From Octopus bimaculoides (lineage: Eukaryota): DNA of 64,000 bases. The position numbers and the translations under genes were made by a program. Positions 25,225 through 38,460 of the stretch are shown here, in pieces. The stretch is taken from positions 13,721,846 to 13,785,845 of the forward strand of contig NC_068998.1 of the NCBI RefSeq assembly GCF_001194135.2, written 5' to 3'. Numbering within the stretch: the stretch's first letter is position 1; each line of letters starts with the position of its first letter. The notes below the pieces were generated by a model. It worked only from the letters and a program-made list of their open reading frames with translations. It was not told where the DNA came from and ran no database searches.

Positions 25225-26175
25225 TATTGACAGTCAATTTCTTTATTAGCCATGAGGTAGAGAAAAAGAGGGGACGATACGAGGACAGACAAAACAAACA
25301 TTGGGGTCAGGGGATCGAATGAGACGAAACGCATGAATAAACAAACAATTAAAATATATACAATTAAATGAGAATGAGTAATTTACACAAAATGAAGCGG
25401 AGGACGCGGTCGACCCCACAAACCACATATTCACACTGAAAACTTTGCTTTGTCCTTTTATTGGTTCTCGTTTTAGGTCGGTTTTTTCAATCGCAACATA
25501 CTTGCTACAGACTTCCATCTTTTACGAAACACACTTTGCGACAGACATTTCCTCTCCAGCTTTATTTTTCGTTTCATGTGGAAAACGAAAAAGTCGATTA
25601 TCTCGAGACTGGAGATGAACATGCCTGTTGCAATTCCTTTCACTCTCGTTTTCCATACTACCTCTTTCGCAACAGCAACTTCCGAGAGAAAACAGGCTCG
25701 CTCCTCTCTATTCAGGGAGGGCGGCGGAACGATCTTAATTACAGATTCGCTCGACAGTTGTACTCTTCTCGAATGCGCCAGCAGGTGTTCGACATAAGAC
25801 CAGAGTTCAGTCACCTTGGGACATTGCACAATCACGTGCAGGACACTTTCACTGTCCTGCTCGCATCTTGCACAAACCGGCGAAGGCGCCTATCGTTGAA
25901 AGGATTATATATGTATTATTCACGTAATAATTAAATCATAAATTATGTACTTTATTGTGTCATGTGCATGATCCCCCGGTCCATGAAACCGGTCAGTGAT
26001 GCGGGAAAAGATTGGGGATCGTTGATATACAATACATGAACATGCCTATAACCCGAACATAAATCGTGGGAGTTGGACGGTGGAGGAGTAATTTTGGACC
26101 TACTTTCGCATTTGGATTAAACCATTTATCAGCTCTACATGATCCGATGGACAACTACCTTAAGACCTACAACTT
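25225..26175 (-). mobile_element. L1/Tx1-clade LINE 3' fragment
   Basis: ORF2 C-terminal zinc knuckle CARCEQDSESVLHVIVQCPKVTELW (CCHC at 25821-25874), open to the stop at 25473, then a 3' UTR with AATAAA. Confidence 0.75.
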
Positions 26176-27233
26176 TTCTCCCCACATTCTCTTTTACTTG
26201 TTTCAGTCATTTGACTGCGGCCATGCTGGAGCACCGCCTTTAGTCGAGGAAATCGACCCCAGGACTTATTCTTTGTAGGCCTAGTACATATTCTATCGTT
26301 CTCTTTTTGCCGAACCGCTAAGTTACGGGGACGTAAACACACCAGCATCGGTTGTCAAGCGATGATGGGGGGACAAATACAGACACACAAACACACATAC
26401 ATATATACGACAGGCTTCTTTCAGTTTCCGTCTACCAAATCCACTCACAAGGCTTTGGTCGGCCCGAAGCTATAGTAGAAGACACTTGCCCAAAGTGCCA
26501 CGCAGTGGGACTGAAACATTATATATTTTTACGGTATATCCCGGAATTTAAACTCTGGAACATACTGTAAATAATTTCCTTATCTAATTGTTATTGGAAA
26601 AGCGAAATTTTACAAAAGTTTACTTATCTAATATCCTACAAGTACAGGCACCGCTTCTATTGTTCTATTGAATAAAGGCAAAATGAAAACAAAAACACGT
26701 ATACATACACATACTTTGGAAGGTTGCAGTCGAACAAATCGACTTCAGTTCTTAATTTTTAAGTCTGGCTGGCACCCATTTCATCGGCTCTCTTTTGACA
26801 AATAGCTAAGTTACGGGCACGTAAACAAGCCGACACTTGTCACACGGTGAGCAAGGGACAATCACAGACATATACACACATACACACGCGCACATATACA
26901 TATATGACGGGCTTTTTCAGTTAGGAACTATAACAGAAGTATGTATAACATACAGAAGGCACTTGACTAGGGCGCCGCGCAATAGGACTGAACCCGAAAC
27001 TATGAGGTCGCAAATCGAGCTCCTCAATCATGCATACGTACACATATGTAAGTCAAAACATAGATATACACACATACAGACGAAGAATTAAAGTAACAAG
27101 GAAGAAATCAGGTAAATTGTTCATTTTTGGCGATTCGGCCGTTCGATATTATTGATTGAATTAGTGTGTAAAGAGACTGAATATACCTTAGACATGTGAT
27201 CTTTGAATGTAAATCCTCAGAGAGAACTGTGAA

Positions 27234-27548
27234 GGATCTGTTCAGTTTGGCTCACAGATTTTATAATTAATTTTTTTTTAAGTAAACAGTTTGTTAGTTC
27301 GTATACTGGTGTAATTTCTCAAGCAGAACACGGTTTACTTTGGACATTTTTGACAAAATTTCGTATTTTAGAAGTTTATTTCGTGTTAATGATGTCGTAT
27401 TTGGGTAATTTCAACCAATCAACGACGTGTCAAAAATGTTGAAAGTAAACCGTGTTCTGCGTGAGAAATTATACCAGTATACGAAGTTTCAAACTGTTTA
27501 GTTAAACAAAATTAATCGAAAAATCTGCGTGCCAAACTGAACAGATCC
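27234..27548. mobile_element. MITE with ~115-bp TIRs starting GGATCTGTTCAGTTTGG
   Basis: The arms at 27234-27352 and 27428-27548 are reverse complements. The flanks ACTGTGAA / CCGGTGAA may be a degenerate 8-bp TSD. Confidence 0.8.
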
Positions 27549-27964
27549 CCGGTGAATGCGACACAGTGGGTGACAAGGTTGAATAGATGTGTTGCAGGTA
27601 CAATCCATCCGATGGGATTCCTCACAATTTCCGTCTAAATAATTCAGCTTACAAAATTCTTAGGTTAGCCCCGTGGCATCGTAAAAGACATTTTCCCCGC
27701 GCAGTGGGATTGAAAATTGAAACCTCATGATTTCGAAATGAATTTTGTTTATCAATTCAGTCATGCTGCATCCGCATCACTTATTTACACGATTAGGAAA
27801 TATACGTTTTACTCGTTAATGACTTGTATAAAATGTTATCTCTGTAGTTACACAATAAAGAGGGGGGGAAAGCATTGCAGAATATTAAATACACATTAAA
27901 AACATACTTCGTATACAAATGTACAAGAAAACACAGAGGCACACACACACACACACACAGAGAG

Positions 27965-27997
<33 letters not shown>

Positions 27998-29909
27998 AAA
28001 GCACACAGAGGCACACACACACACACACACACACAGAGGCACACACACACACACACACACAAAAGCGCACACAGGAACACACACAGGCACGCACACACGC
28101 ACACGCAGGCACACACACACATATACAGAGGTACATACACACATAGGTACTCATACACACAGAGGGACACACACACAGAGGCACGCTCACACACGTACGC
28201 ACATACCTACACAGGTACACACACACACACACACACACACATACCAGAGGCACACACATGTACACGCATACACCTACTCTTGTATAAATTTAGGAAAACG
28301 TGTCTCTCCTCTCTTTTCTCATACACTCATTCGTTCATTCATTCATTCGTTCATTCATTCATACGAAAGGAAGGAAAAGCAGAGNNNNNNNNNNNNNNNN
28401 NNNNNNNNNNNNNNNNNNNNNNNNNNNNNNNNNNNNNNNNNNNNNNNNNNNNNNNNNNNNNNNNNNNNNNNNNNNNNNNNNNNNNNNNNNNNNNNNNNNN
28501 NNNNNNNNNNNNNNNNNNNNNNNNNNNNNNNNNNNNNNNNNNNNNNNNNNNNNNNNNNNNNNNNNNNNNNNNNNNNNNNNNNNNNNNNNNNNNNNNNNNN
28601 NNNNNNNNNNNNNNNNNNNNNNNNNNNNNNNNNNNNNNNNNNNNNNNNNNNNNNNNNNNNNNNNNNNNNNNNNNNNNNNNNNNNNNNNNNNNNNNNNNNN
28701 NNNNNNNNNNNNNNNNNNNNNNNNNNNNNNNNNNNNNNNNNNNNNNNNNNNNNNNNNNNNNNNNNNNNNNNNNNNNNNNNNNNNNNNNNNNNNNNNNNNN
28801 NNNNNNNNNNNNNNNNNNNNNNNNNNNNNNNNNNNNNNNNNNNNNNNNNNNNNNNNNNNNNNNNNNNNNNNNNNNNNNNNNNNNNNNNNNNNNNNNNNTG
28901 TGTGTGTATATATATATATATATATATGATAGCCAGATAGATAAATATACAGACAGACAGATACATACATACATACATACATACATACATACATACATAC
29001 ATAAACACACACTCACACGCGTTATATAGGTATGCACCCACACGTTGCTGCAGACATGTGATTAACTACACTGGTGTGTGTAACCATCACACGTTACCAA
29101 GAACAACACTAAGAAGAATCACACCAACTCCAGCCCTACCATTACCAACAAACAACGACGTGTCTAGGTGGTCATCTGATCTGTTAGAAATAGCAGCAAA
29201 ATCTTCCTTTAAGCTCATACTTTGGCTGTCTTATTGAAAAGGATACAGTTGATAACCTGGTCCTAAATAAATTGCCTGAACGAAAAGGCGAGGTGGCCAC
29301 GTCTGAAATGTCTTTACTCAGTGACCTGCTTATTCGGGGAATACATTGGACTAACCTGCAATACGATCTCCACCGCCACCGTCACCACTACGACTATCAT
29401 CGGCAATCAACAAAGTGAAACTCTACGCTGTCGCTTTAACCATGTAGAAATAATAGTCAAAATCTTCTTCACATGGGACCCCTACTAGCTTACTAAAAAA
29501 GAGCATTTACATAAAAGTCCTTGGTACAGTGCCCGAATTAAAGACGAGATGGTTACGGTTGGAATGCCTTTGCTCAAAGGTCTGCTAATTCACATGTCAC
29601 CTCGTCTTTCACATCAGCACAATTATTATCCTCCTCATCATCATCATCAAAAGCAACAACCAGCGAGTAAGCATCTACATGGTCAATCGTCTTGTTAGAA
29701 ATAGCAGTCAAATATCTCTCAATACTTATGAAAAATGCGATGAATAACAGGTATTTCTTATTTGCATATAAGTACCTTAATTAATACGTACCGACAGCAG
29801 CTATAAATCATATACAATTGAGTATAGTCATACCTGCTACTCATTGTGTTTTGTGTAATTTATTGCTTTTAAGTTATTGTCAATCTTTGCAGAATAGATA
29901 AAGGCAAAT

Positions 29910-29951
29910 ATTCCTGATGAGTCGGTAAACACCATGCGAAACTAGTCGAGT
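29910..29951 (+). ncRNA. Minimal type-I hammerhead ribozyme motif
   Basis: ATTC-CTGATGA-GTCGGTAAACACCATGC-GAAA-CTAG-TC-GAGT. The core is complete, with a GUC site, a palindromic stem III (ACTAGT) and a 4-bp stem I. Confidence 0.7.
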
Positions 29952-30717
29952 TGTTCTTCAGTTTGTGTAGCAGAGAAAGAGAGTAAGAGAGAGAGAGGGG
30001 GGGGTCCCTGTCTTTTAACCAGGGTCTGTTTGCATAATGAAGTTTATTACAAGTACTCACTTATAAAATTATTTACAATGTGTGTTAGGGTTATGAAATT
30101 ATGAAGTTATAAACTACAAGCATTTACGTATGAAAGGAATCAATACACCCACAACACACACACACACACGCCCCTCCCCCACAACACACACACATGTATA
30201 GAAACTTACACGTGTTTGTGCACATGCAAGTGTGTAGGCGAATACAAAACTTCCATATAAAACCACTCCGGGTTATTAAAATGATCCAATCATCAGAAAG
30301 ACAAGTACATGATGCACACGCACATACACATGCACACACATACACATGCACACACATACACGAGAGAGAGAGAGAGAGAAAGAGAAAGAGAAAGAAAGAG
30401 ATGTACGCACATACACATATCAAAATTCCGACACAACTTCATACTGGAACACTAACAGTATACATCTCAAAGTTCGTTTTTGTATTTGGTTTGCAAAATT
30501 CTTAATGTGAACTCGTGTGTTTATTATTGACATAATGACACTCCCCAGATGTAACAGAACACTCTTCAATGTTTTTAAAGTTACACACACATTTACGTAC
30601 CAATAATTCTGGAAGTATTCCTATTTTTATTACTTGCTTGAACAGAATATTTCCAGCATTCCAGTTTATCCGTAAATCAGACGAGATAGACCCTTTTACA
30701 ACGGAGGTGATCTATTG

Positions 30718-31100
30718 TTGTTGGCACTCCGTCGCTTACGACGTCGAGGATTCCAGTTGATCCGATCAACGGAACAGCCTGCTCGTGAAATTAACGTGCA
30801 AGTGGCTGAGCACTCCACAGACACGTGTACCCTTAACATAGTTCTCGGGGGATATTCAACGTGACACAGTGCGACAAGGCTGACCCTTTGAATTACAGGT
30901 ACAACAGAAGCAGGAAGAAAGAGTGAGAGAAAGTTGTGGTGAAAGAGTACAGCAGGGTTCGCCACCATCCCCTGCCGGCGCCTCGTAGAGCTTTAGGTGT
31001 TTTCGCTCAATAAACACTCACAACGCCCGGTCTGGGAATCGAAACCGCGATCCTATGACCGCGAGTCCGCTGCACTAACCACTGGGCCGTTGCGCCTCCA
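30718..31100 (-). mobile_element. Full-length tRNA-derived SINE (tRNA-Arg-like head); tail also present at ~9050-9175
   Basis: Head GGAGGCGCAACGGCCCAGTGGTTAGTGCAGCGGACTCGCGG...GGTTTCGATTCCC has A and B boxes. Tail TTTCACGAGCAGGCTGTTCCGTTGATCGGATCAACTGG. Confidence 0.85.
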
Positions 31101-31699
31101 CAAACTCACTTTATAACCAAAACAATTTACACTAATACACGTGCATGTACCTTCCCTAGATATTATATTCAGCTTCACACTCTTTGCTGCTATTACTACC
31201 TGGTAAATAATTTCTCCAACTCTACCAACCAATTATCATCACAAAACATTCGTACATGAATGAAGGAGGCAAATGCAGTTGGACAAATTTCAAAAGAGTA
31301 CAACGAGGAAACCGTGTCAATGTTTTCAGAATTGAACAGCAGCAAAATCAGCAATGAAGAGATACTGCAATGCATAAATTCAACGAAATAAATTTGACAC
31401 TTCCAAATGACACATCCCGCACGGCAACATTGCAATACATTTTCAGTTACAGGCCAAAAATAGTCAATCTCGTAAAAACCAGAAATAACCGCAAGCAGCA
31501 TATGACACTAAAATCGAACGAAACTTTGAAAGACAACTCACCATCAAGCAACTGACAAAAATTCACACATACACTCACACATGAATATGTATATACATAC
31601 ATACGTATATACGTATATATTTACATTCATATATACATACACAGACAGACAGACAGACAGACAGACATACATGTCTTTTATATTTTTCAGTAGAGGCTG

Positions 31700-32435
31700 G
31701 GGCATCGTCATTCAGTGTGTTTGGGTTTCTTTTCTGTACTCCTTTTGGTGGAGTAACGAATTGGACGGAGCTGTTCTTTGTGTCTCCTGCAGAGATGTAG
31801 GTTCATCTGGTATTTCAGATAAAAATTCGCCCAGGCTCTTTAAAGACCACTACATCTACACCTGGCAAATCTCTGAGGTTGTTTAGCAGAATGCTGAACA
31901 AATGTAGATCCTTGGAACCCGAACTGTTACAGTACTGGGTCCTTATAGAGACGGAGAAGACAGTATTTTTGGTATTATGCATTGCCGTTCTGTGGTTGAT
32001 ATAGCTTTCAATTTCTGGGAGCCAGACATTCCAGGATCTTCAATATGTATATCATTGCATATCTGTCACGCCTTCTTTCTAGAGTTTCAATTACTTTAGA
32101 CTCTCTTTGAGTTCATCTGTTTCACCGAGTCAATTTTCTTTGTGTAATTGCGTTGGACTTCTGCAAGTTCCGGCAGCTGTTTGACGCTCTACAATGTTCA
32201 CAGCTGCCAACAGGAATCGAGACGACTGAGAACAAAAGTTTTCCTTGAGAGTAGCATGGTACCCTTTTTCCTGGTTCTGAATGATATCAGAATCCAGCCA
32301 GCTATACGTCTGCACAGTGATACCATCCAGGTAATATGCACATGGAATGTCGCACCATTACTCATGTGGATTGCCAGGTCGCGTACCGTCTCTGACTCTG
32401 GGATTGCACCATCCCCTGGTCCTATGTATTCCAAT
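31700..32435 (-). mobile_element. CR1/L2-group LINE 3' fragment
   Basis: VRDLAIHMSNGATFHVHI...GWILISFRTR...SRLDSCWQL followed by LERRRDRY-like motifs. Confidence 0.8.
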
Positions 32436-32439
32436 TGTA

Positions 32440-34030
32440 GTATCTTTTCTTCTTAGGGTCTACATTTAGGAATTCAGTGTTCTTCCTTTTCTTTGTATGT
32501 GTGGTTTCGACTTCTTGTAACGGTGTTGGAACCTGAAAAGTGTCATATAGCTAATCCATTGGTATTTCTACTCCTGTTGGTTCCTTTTCTATGACTCTTT
32601 CCTTAAGCTGATTTCTCTGTCTCCTTTCCATTCCATTTCTGCTTCTTACACCATACATCATTCTTCCTATGTATGTTACAATTCTTCTCAGTATTGTTTG
32701 CCATTTTTGTACATTCTTGCATATACCTTATCAGCGATTCTAAAGAATGTTGGCAAGTCTTTACTTGTACGTATTTTGTCTTCACTGGTAACAGTTTATC
32801 GAATAGTGACTTCACCTTTCTGGTAAACATTAATTCTCCTGGTGAACTTCCTTCTGGCGTATTTAGGTTCAGAGTTACCCTGTATACCCTTAAGAATTGT
32901 TGGATCGCGACCTCGTCCGGGCTTCTTTATTAGCTTTCTTTAAGGCTCTCTTAAAAGTGTTCACGAACCGTTCGGCCCTTCCATTCTATCTAGAGTGATG
33001 CGGTGCTATAGTTTTATGGTCTAACGTGAACATCTCGCAAAATCTTTTAAACACACAGGATACAAACTGTTCCTTTAACAGAGACAATTATATCCGGTAC
33101 ACCAAATCTTGCGAACGGCTCGCGTAAGAAGTGTATTACCGTATATGAGGTTAGTCGTTTACACCCCGCGACATCAGGCCATTTTGTGTAGCTGTCCACT
33201 ACTATTAAGTAATAATATCCATTTACCGGGCCTGCAAAATCGATATGCAATCTGGACCATGGTATTTTCACTTCCAGCCAAGGTCCACAATTTGTAGTAG
33301 GTAGTTTCACTGCCAGCGCACATCCCCTGCAGCCTTTTACCAGGTCTTCAACTTCTTTGTACATGTTTAGCTAACGTACGAAACTTCGCATCAGCGCTTT
33401 CATTCCAGAGATGCCTGGGTGTCCCACATGCAACTCTTTTAGCGTTCTCTTCTGTAATGTCTGTGCTATAACCACCCTCTGAGCGTACATTAGTACACCA
33501 TCACATATAAAGTACACGTTCACATCTTCGCGGTTATTTGCATCAGACCTTTCTTTATTTCCTTTTGCTGACCACAGTTCTCTTTTTGTCTCATTAATAA
33601 ATTTATCATTTCCCGCATTTCTTATTATTTCTTCCAAAATTACAGGTAGTTCTCGCACGATGTTCCATATCACGTTTTCATTTTTGTTTCAGTTCATCGA
33701 CCTCGTTCGACTACTCTGTTTACGCTGTTGCACAAAGCGTTTATGGATGTATCCCATAAATTAAACTTCTCCATACATTCGGTGCCAAAGAAATTCATGG
33801 ATTTTTTCAACACAAACATTCACTTTTTTGGTTCGACTTTTGACAATTATATTATAAACGCGTTCGCCCGTGAAATGAAATTTCGTTCCCGTAACACCGT
33901 ACGCTATTTTGTTTGAACTACATAATTTTGGTTTACCCATTTGTTCCCATGTTTTCTCATTTATGATTGTGATATCACTTCCCGTGTCTAATTGCATTTT
34001 GACACTAGTATTTTCAATTCTCACATTCAC
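32440..34030 (-). mobile_element. Ty3/Gypsy (K02A2.6-like) pol remnant: protease joined to integrase, RT/RNase H absent
   Basis: LDTGS protease (33761-34030), HHCC region LHVGHPG...CRGC, HIDFAGP, VVDSYTKWPD, FARFGVPDIIVS and NGRAERFVNTFK. Confidence 0.9.
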
Positions 34031-34039
34031 AAATTTTCT

Positions 34040-34163
34040 GTTTGATCAAAGGCGTTCGTAAACCGAGGTACTACTGTATTAAATGAGTAAATGAATATAA
34101 GAAAGACAAGAGATAAAGTACGATTTATTCGTGATCGGAGTTGTTCGAAAACCGAGGTTCTAT

Positions 34164-34165
<2 letters not shown>
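34040..34165. mobile_element. Two pogo/Tigger-like terminal sequences in the same orientation
   Basis: Minus-strand CAGTAGTACCTCGGTTTACGAAC and CAATAGAACCTCGGTTTTCGAAC. Confidence 0.45.
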
Positions 34166-34217
<52 letters not shown>

Positions 34218-34855
34218 TATATATACGCATATATATATACACATGATGGCATCGTCAACAACAACAAAACTTCCTATCTTTTCTTTTATCTTTTGCTTGT
34301 TTCAGTCATTAGACTTCGGCCATGCTGGGGCACCGCCTTGAAGAATTTCTAATCGAATGAACCGATCCCAGTACTTATTTTGTTGAACTTAATCCTAGTA
34401 ATTATTCTATCGGTCACTTTTGCGGGACCGCTAATGTTACGGGGACGTAAACTCACCAACAACAGTTGTCAAGCAGTGGTGGGGAACACACACTCAGACA
34501 CAAACACACACACACACACAATCATGGTATATTCTGTTAAGAACGTAATAGAGCACAGTATAAAGCTCGCCCACCTTCAGATTTTACCCTCTGCTATCCA
34601 GGAGTAATATGATATGTACTTGCAGGTTTGCGTTTGGGCATCTGTCATGTGTGGATAGATAAACGAGAAAACTGGAGTCAGCAAGAAGGAGTACGGTTGG
34701 ACATTTATTTTCAATCACTACAATCGTTTCTACGCAACGTAGTTGCATAATCAAGTACCTGCATGTCTGGAGAACTACGTTGCGTAGAAAAATTGTAGTA
34801 ATTGAAAATAAATGTCCAACGGTGTACCTTCTTGTTGACTCCAATTTTTTTTAAT

Positions 34856-34889
<34 letters not shown>

Positions 34890-35249
34890 CATACATACAT
34901 ACATACGACGGATTTCTTTCAGTTTGTGTCTACCAAATCCACTCGCAAAATTTTGATCGGCCCGTGGCTACAGTAGAAGTCCCTTGTCCAAGGTGACACG
35001 CAGTGGAACTGAACCCGGAACCATGTGGTTGGGAAGCAAGCTTCTTACCACACAGCCACACCTTTGCCTATGTAGACGAACTTCTCTAACTATTATCGAC
35101 AACTGCAAAGCTTACAACTCCGTTTTTCACTATCCACTCCTTACGAAAATAAAAAATGAAAAATGCTCAACATTTCCTTATGATTTACTATTAATATACT
35201 GAGAGTTAACAGTCTGTCAGTCCACTAACTCTATTTACTGTAAAGCCAC

Positions 35250-35470
35250 ACGTTTTCCCAGAATCTACACCATTACCAATGGAGTACCACAAGGATCAGT
35301 TCTTTCGCCGATACTTTTCAGTTTACACCTACACGGCCTTCCCACATATCTACAAAACATACAGCCAACCTCCTATGTAGATTATATCGCTCTCACATCC
35401 TACCACCATTCTCCAGATATCGCTGCAACACTCCGCCAGCCTTATTAGATTCACCTAGTAACCTGACTCC
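35250..35470 (+). mobile_element. Non-LTR reverse transcriptase fragment
   Basis: TITNGVPQGSVLSPILFSL...SYVDY (decayed YADD). Confidence 0.75.
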
Positions 35471-36432
35471 AAAAGCATACTGACACACATACAACCACAC
35501 AACACAAATCTACCTACACTTATACATCACCATACACACACACACACACAAACACACACACACTCGTACGCGCACACGCACACAAATGCCAACATTAACA
35601 AACGTACGCACAGACACATACCCATACATTTAGTAATACATATCCTCATACACACACCCACACACACACACACATACACAGACACCCACACACATACACA
35701 CACACATATATAGGCGCAAGCGTGGCTGTGTGCTTCCCAACCACAAGGTTTCGGGTTCAGCCAAACTGCGTGGCACCTTGGGCAAGTATCTTCTACTATA
35801 GTCCGGGGCCGACCAAAGCCTTATCAGTCGATTTGTTAGACGGAAACTGAAAGAAGCTCGTCGTATATATATATATAGATAGAATAGAGACAGCTGATNN
35901 NNNNNNNNTATTATATATATATATATATATGTATATATTTATATCTATGTGTTTGTCCCACCGCCGCCACTTGACAACCGGTGTTGGTGTGGTTGCGTCC
36001 CCGTAACATAGCGTTTCGACAAAATATACCGATAGAATAAGTACCAGGCTTATTCCGGTAGAATGAGTAGAATAAGTACTGGGGTCGAGTCATTCGTCTA
36101 AAAAAAAAAAAACTCAAGGCAGTGCCCCAGCATAACTGCAGTCTAAGGAGTGAAACAAGTAAATATGTAGGGGCCAACCAAAGCCTTGTGAGTGGATTTA
36201 GTAGAGGGAAACTGAAAAGAAGCCCGTCGTATATGTGTATGTGTGTGTCCCAATATCGTTTGACAACCGATGCTGGTGTGTTTACATCCTCGTAACTTAG
36301 CGGTTCGGCAAAAGAGACCCGATAGAATAAGTACTAGGCGGCTTACAAATAATAAGTCCTGGGGTCGATTTGCTCGACACTAAAGGCGGTGCTCCAGCAT
36401 GGCCACAGTCAAATGACTGAAACAAATAAAAG

Positions 36433-36467
<35 letters not shown>

Positions 36468-38429
36468 CAATGCATCTCCACAGACGCATATACGCTCGTA
36501 TCGCGCATACACCCCTACATACATACACTTACCTATAAGCGACACAGCACATAACAGGTGCCACCACATGGTCGCTCATGTTGCTAGAAATAGCAGCCAA
36601 AATCTCCCCAAAATTAGGACCTTTTGAAAATTTCGTAGCAACGTGATAGTCACGGATGCAATGTGTCAGGAAGGTATTTGCTTGATAAGAGCTGACTTGT
36701 ACCTAAACAGCGACGCATGCACCTACATACATCTACACATTGCACATATACCTCAGCACAGCTACACACCTACACGCTCGGGTGCACCTGGACATATACA
36801 CCTACAGTCACACACTGCGCACACACACACAAATAACTTTTGCATGCACATACGCACCTATGCATACGCCTACACACACACACAAGCAACCAATGCATAT
36901 ACATACGCCTTCACACACTCACACACAAGCAGCTTATGTATGCACATACGCACCTATGTATACGCCTACACACACACACACACACACACACAAGCAACCA
37001 ATGCATACACATACGCACCTATGCATACGCCTACACGCACACACTCACACAAGCAGCTTATGTATACACATACACCCCTATGAATACGCCTACAAACACA
37101 CACACACACGAGTAACTAATACATACGCCTACACACAGCACATATAGAGCACAGCACATAGAGCACAGCGCATATAGAGCATACACATAGAACACACACG
37201 TACGAATCCATCTCCATACGCATATCCGCATAGCTGACACACAGTTACTGTGTGAAACACGCCTATACGCAGACACGTGTCCCTAAACAACACGAATAAA
37301 TAGTCTCTGTAATACACCAACTTACGCGAGAGAAATACAGAGAGACTGAGAAAGAGAGACAGAAAGAGGCATTGTACGAAAGACAGATGCTGTATGAGTG
37401 ATATCTAAAGCGTAATGAAATTCAGCCAGTATGTTAACAGTTATCACACACCCAACTTTATCAAGAGAACGGCAGCAACAACAATAACAAAGTTAATTCA
37501 AAGCCAGAACGACTGTAACATATCTTGTTAATGTAAATGACAGCCGCTATAGTGAACTAACGACTGAATCTCTGTCTTTCTCATTCTCGTTCTCTTCCTC
37601 CTTGCCTCTCTCCTTCTCTCTCTCCCCCTCTATCTCTTTCTTTCTCTCTTTATATATATATATATATATATATATATNNNNNNNNNNNNNNNNNNNNNNN
37701 NNNNNNNNNNNNNNNNNNNNNNNNNNNNNNNNNNNNNNNNNNNNNNNNNNNNNNNNNNNNNNNNNNNNNNNNNNNNNNNNNNNNNNNNNNNNNNNNNNNN
37801 NNNNNNNNNNNNNNNNNNNNNNNNNNNNNNNNNNNNNNNNNNNNNNNNNNNNNNNNNNNNNNNNNNNNNNNNNNNNNNNNNNNNNNNNNNNNNNNNNNNN
37901 NNNNNNNNNNNNNNNNNNNNNNNNNNNNNNNNNNNNNNNNNNNNNNNNNNNNNNNNNNNNNNNNNNNNNNNNNNNNNNNNNNNNNNNNNNNNNNNNNNNN
38001 NNNNNNNNNNNNNNNNNNNNNNNNNNNNNNNNNNNNNNNNNNNNNNNNNNNNNNNNNNNNNNNNNNNNNNNNNNNNNNNNNNNNNNNNNNNNNNNNNNNN
38101 NNNNNNNNNNNNNNNNNNNNNNNNNNNNNNNNNNNNNNNNNNNNNNNNNNNNNNNNNNNNNNNNNNNNNNNNNNNNNNNNNNNNNNNNNNNNNNNNNNNN
38201 NNNNNNNNNNNNNNNNNNNNNNNNNNNNNNNNNNNNNNNNNNNNNNNNNNNNNNNNNNNNNNNNNNNNNNNNNNNNNNNNNNNNNNNNNNNNNNNNNNNN
38301 NNNNNNNNNNNNNNNNNNNNNNNNNNNNNNNNNNNNNNATATATATATATATATAAATAAGCAACACATACATATATATATACATTTATATATATACATA
38401 TATACATATATGTATGTATGTATGTATGT

Positions 38430-38460
<31 letters not shown>

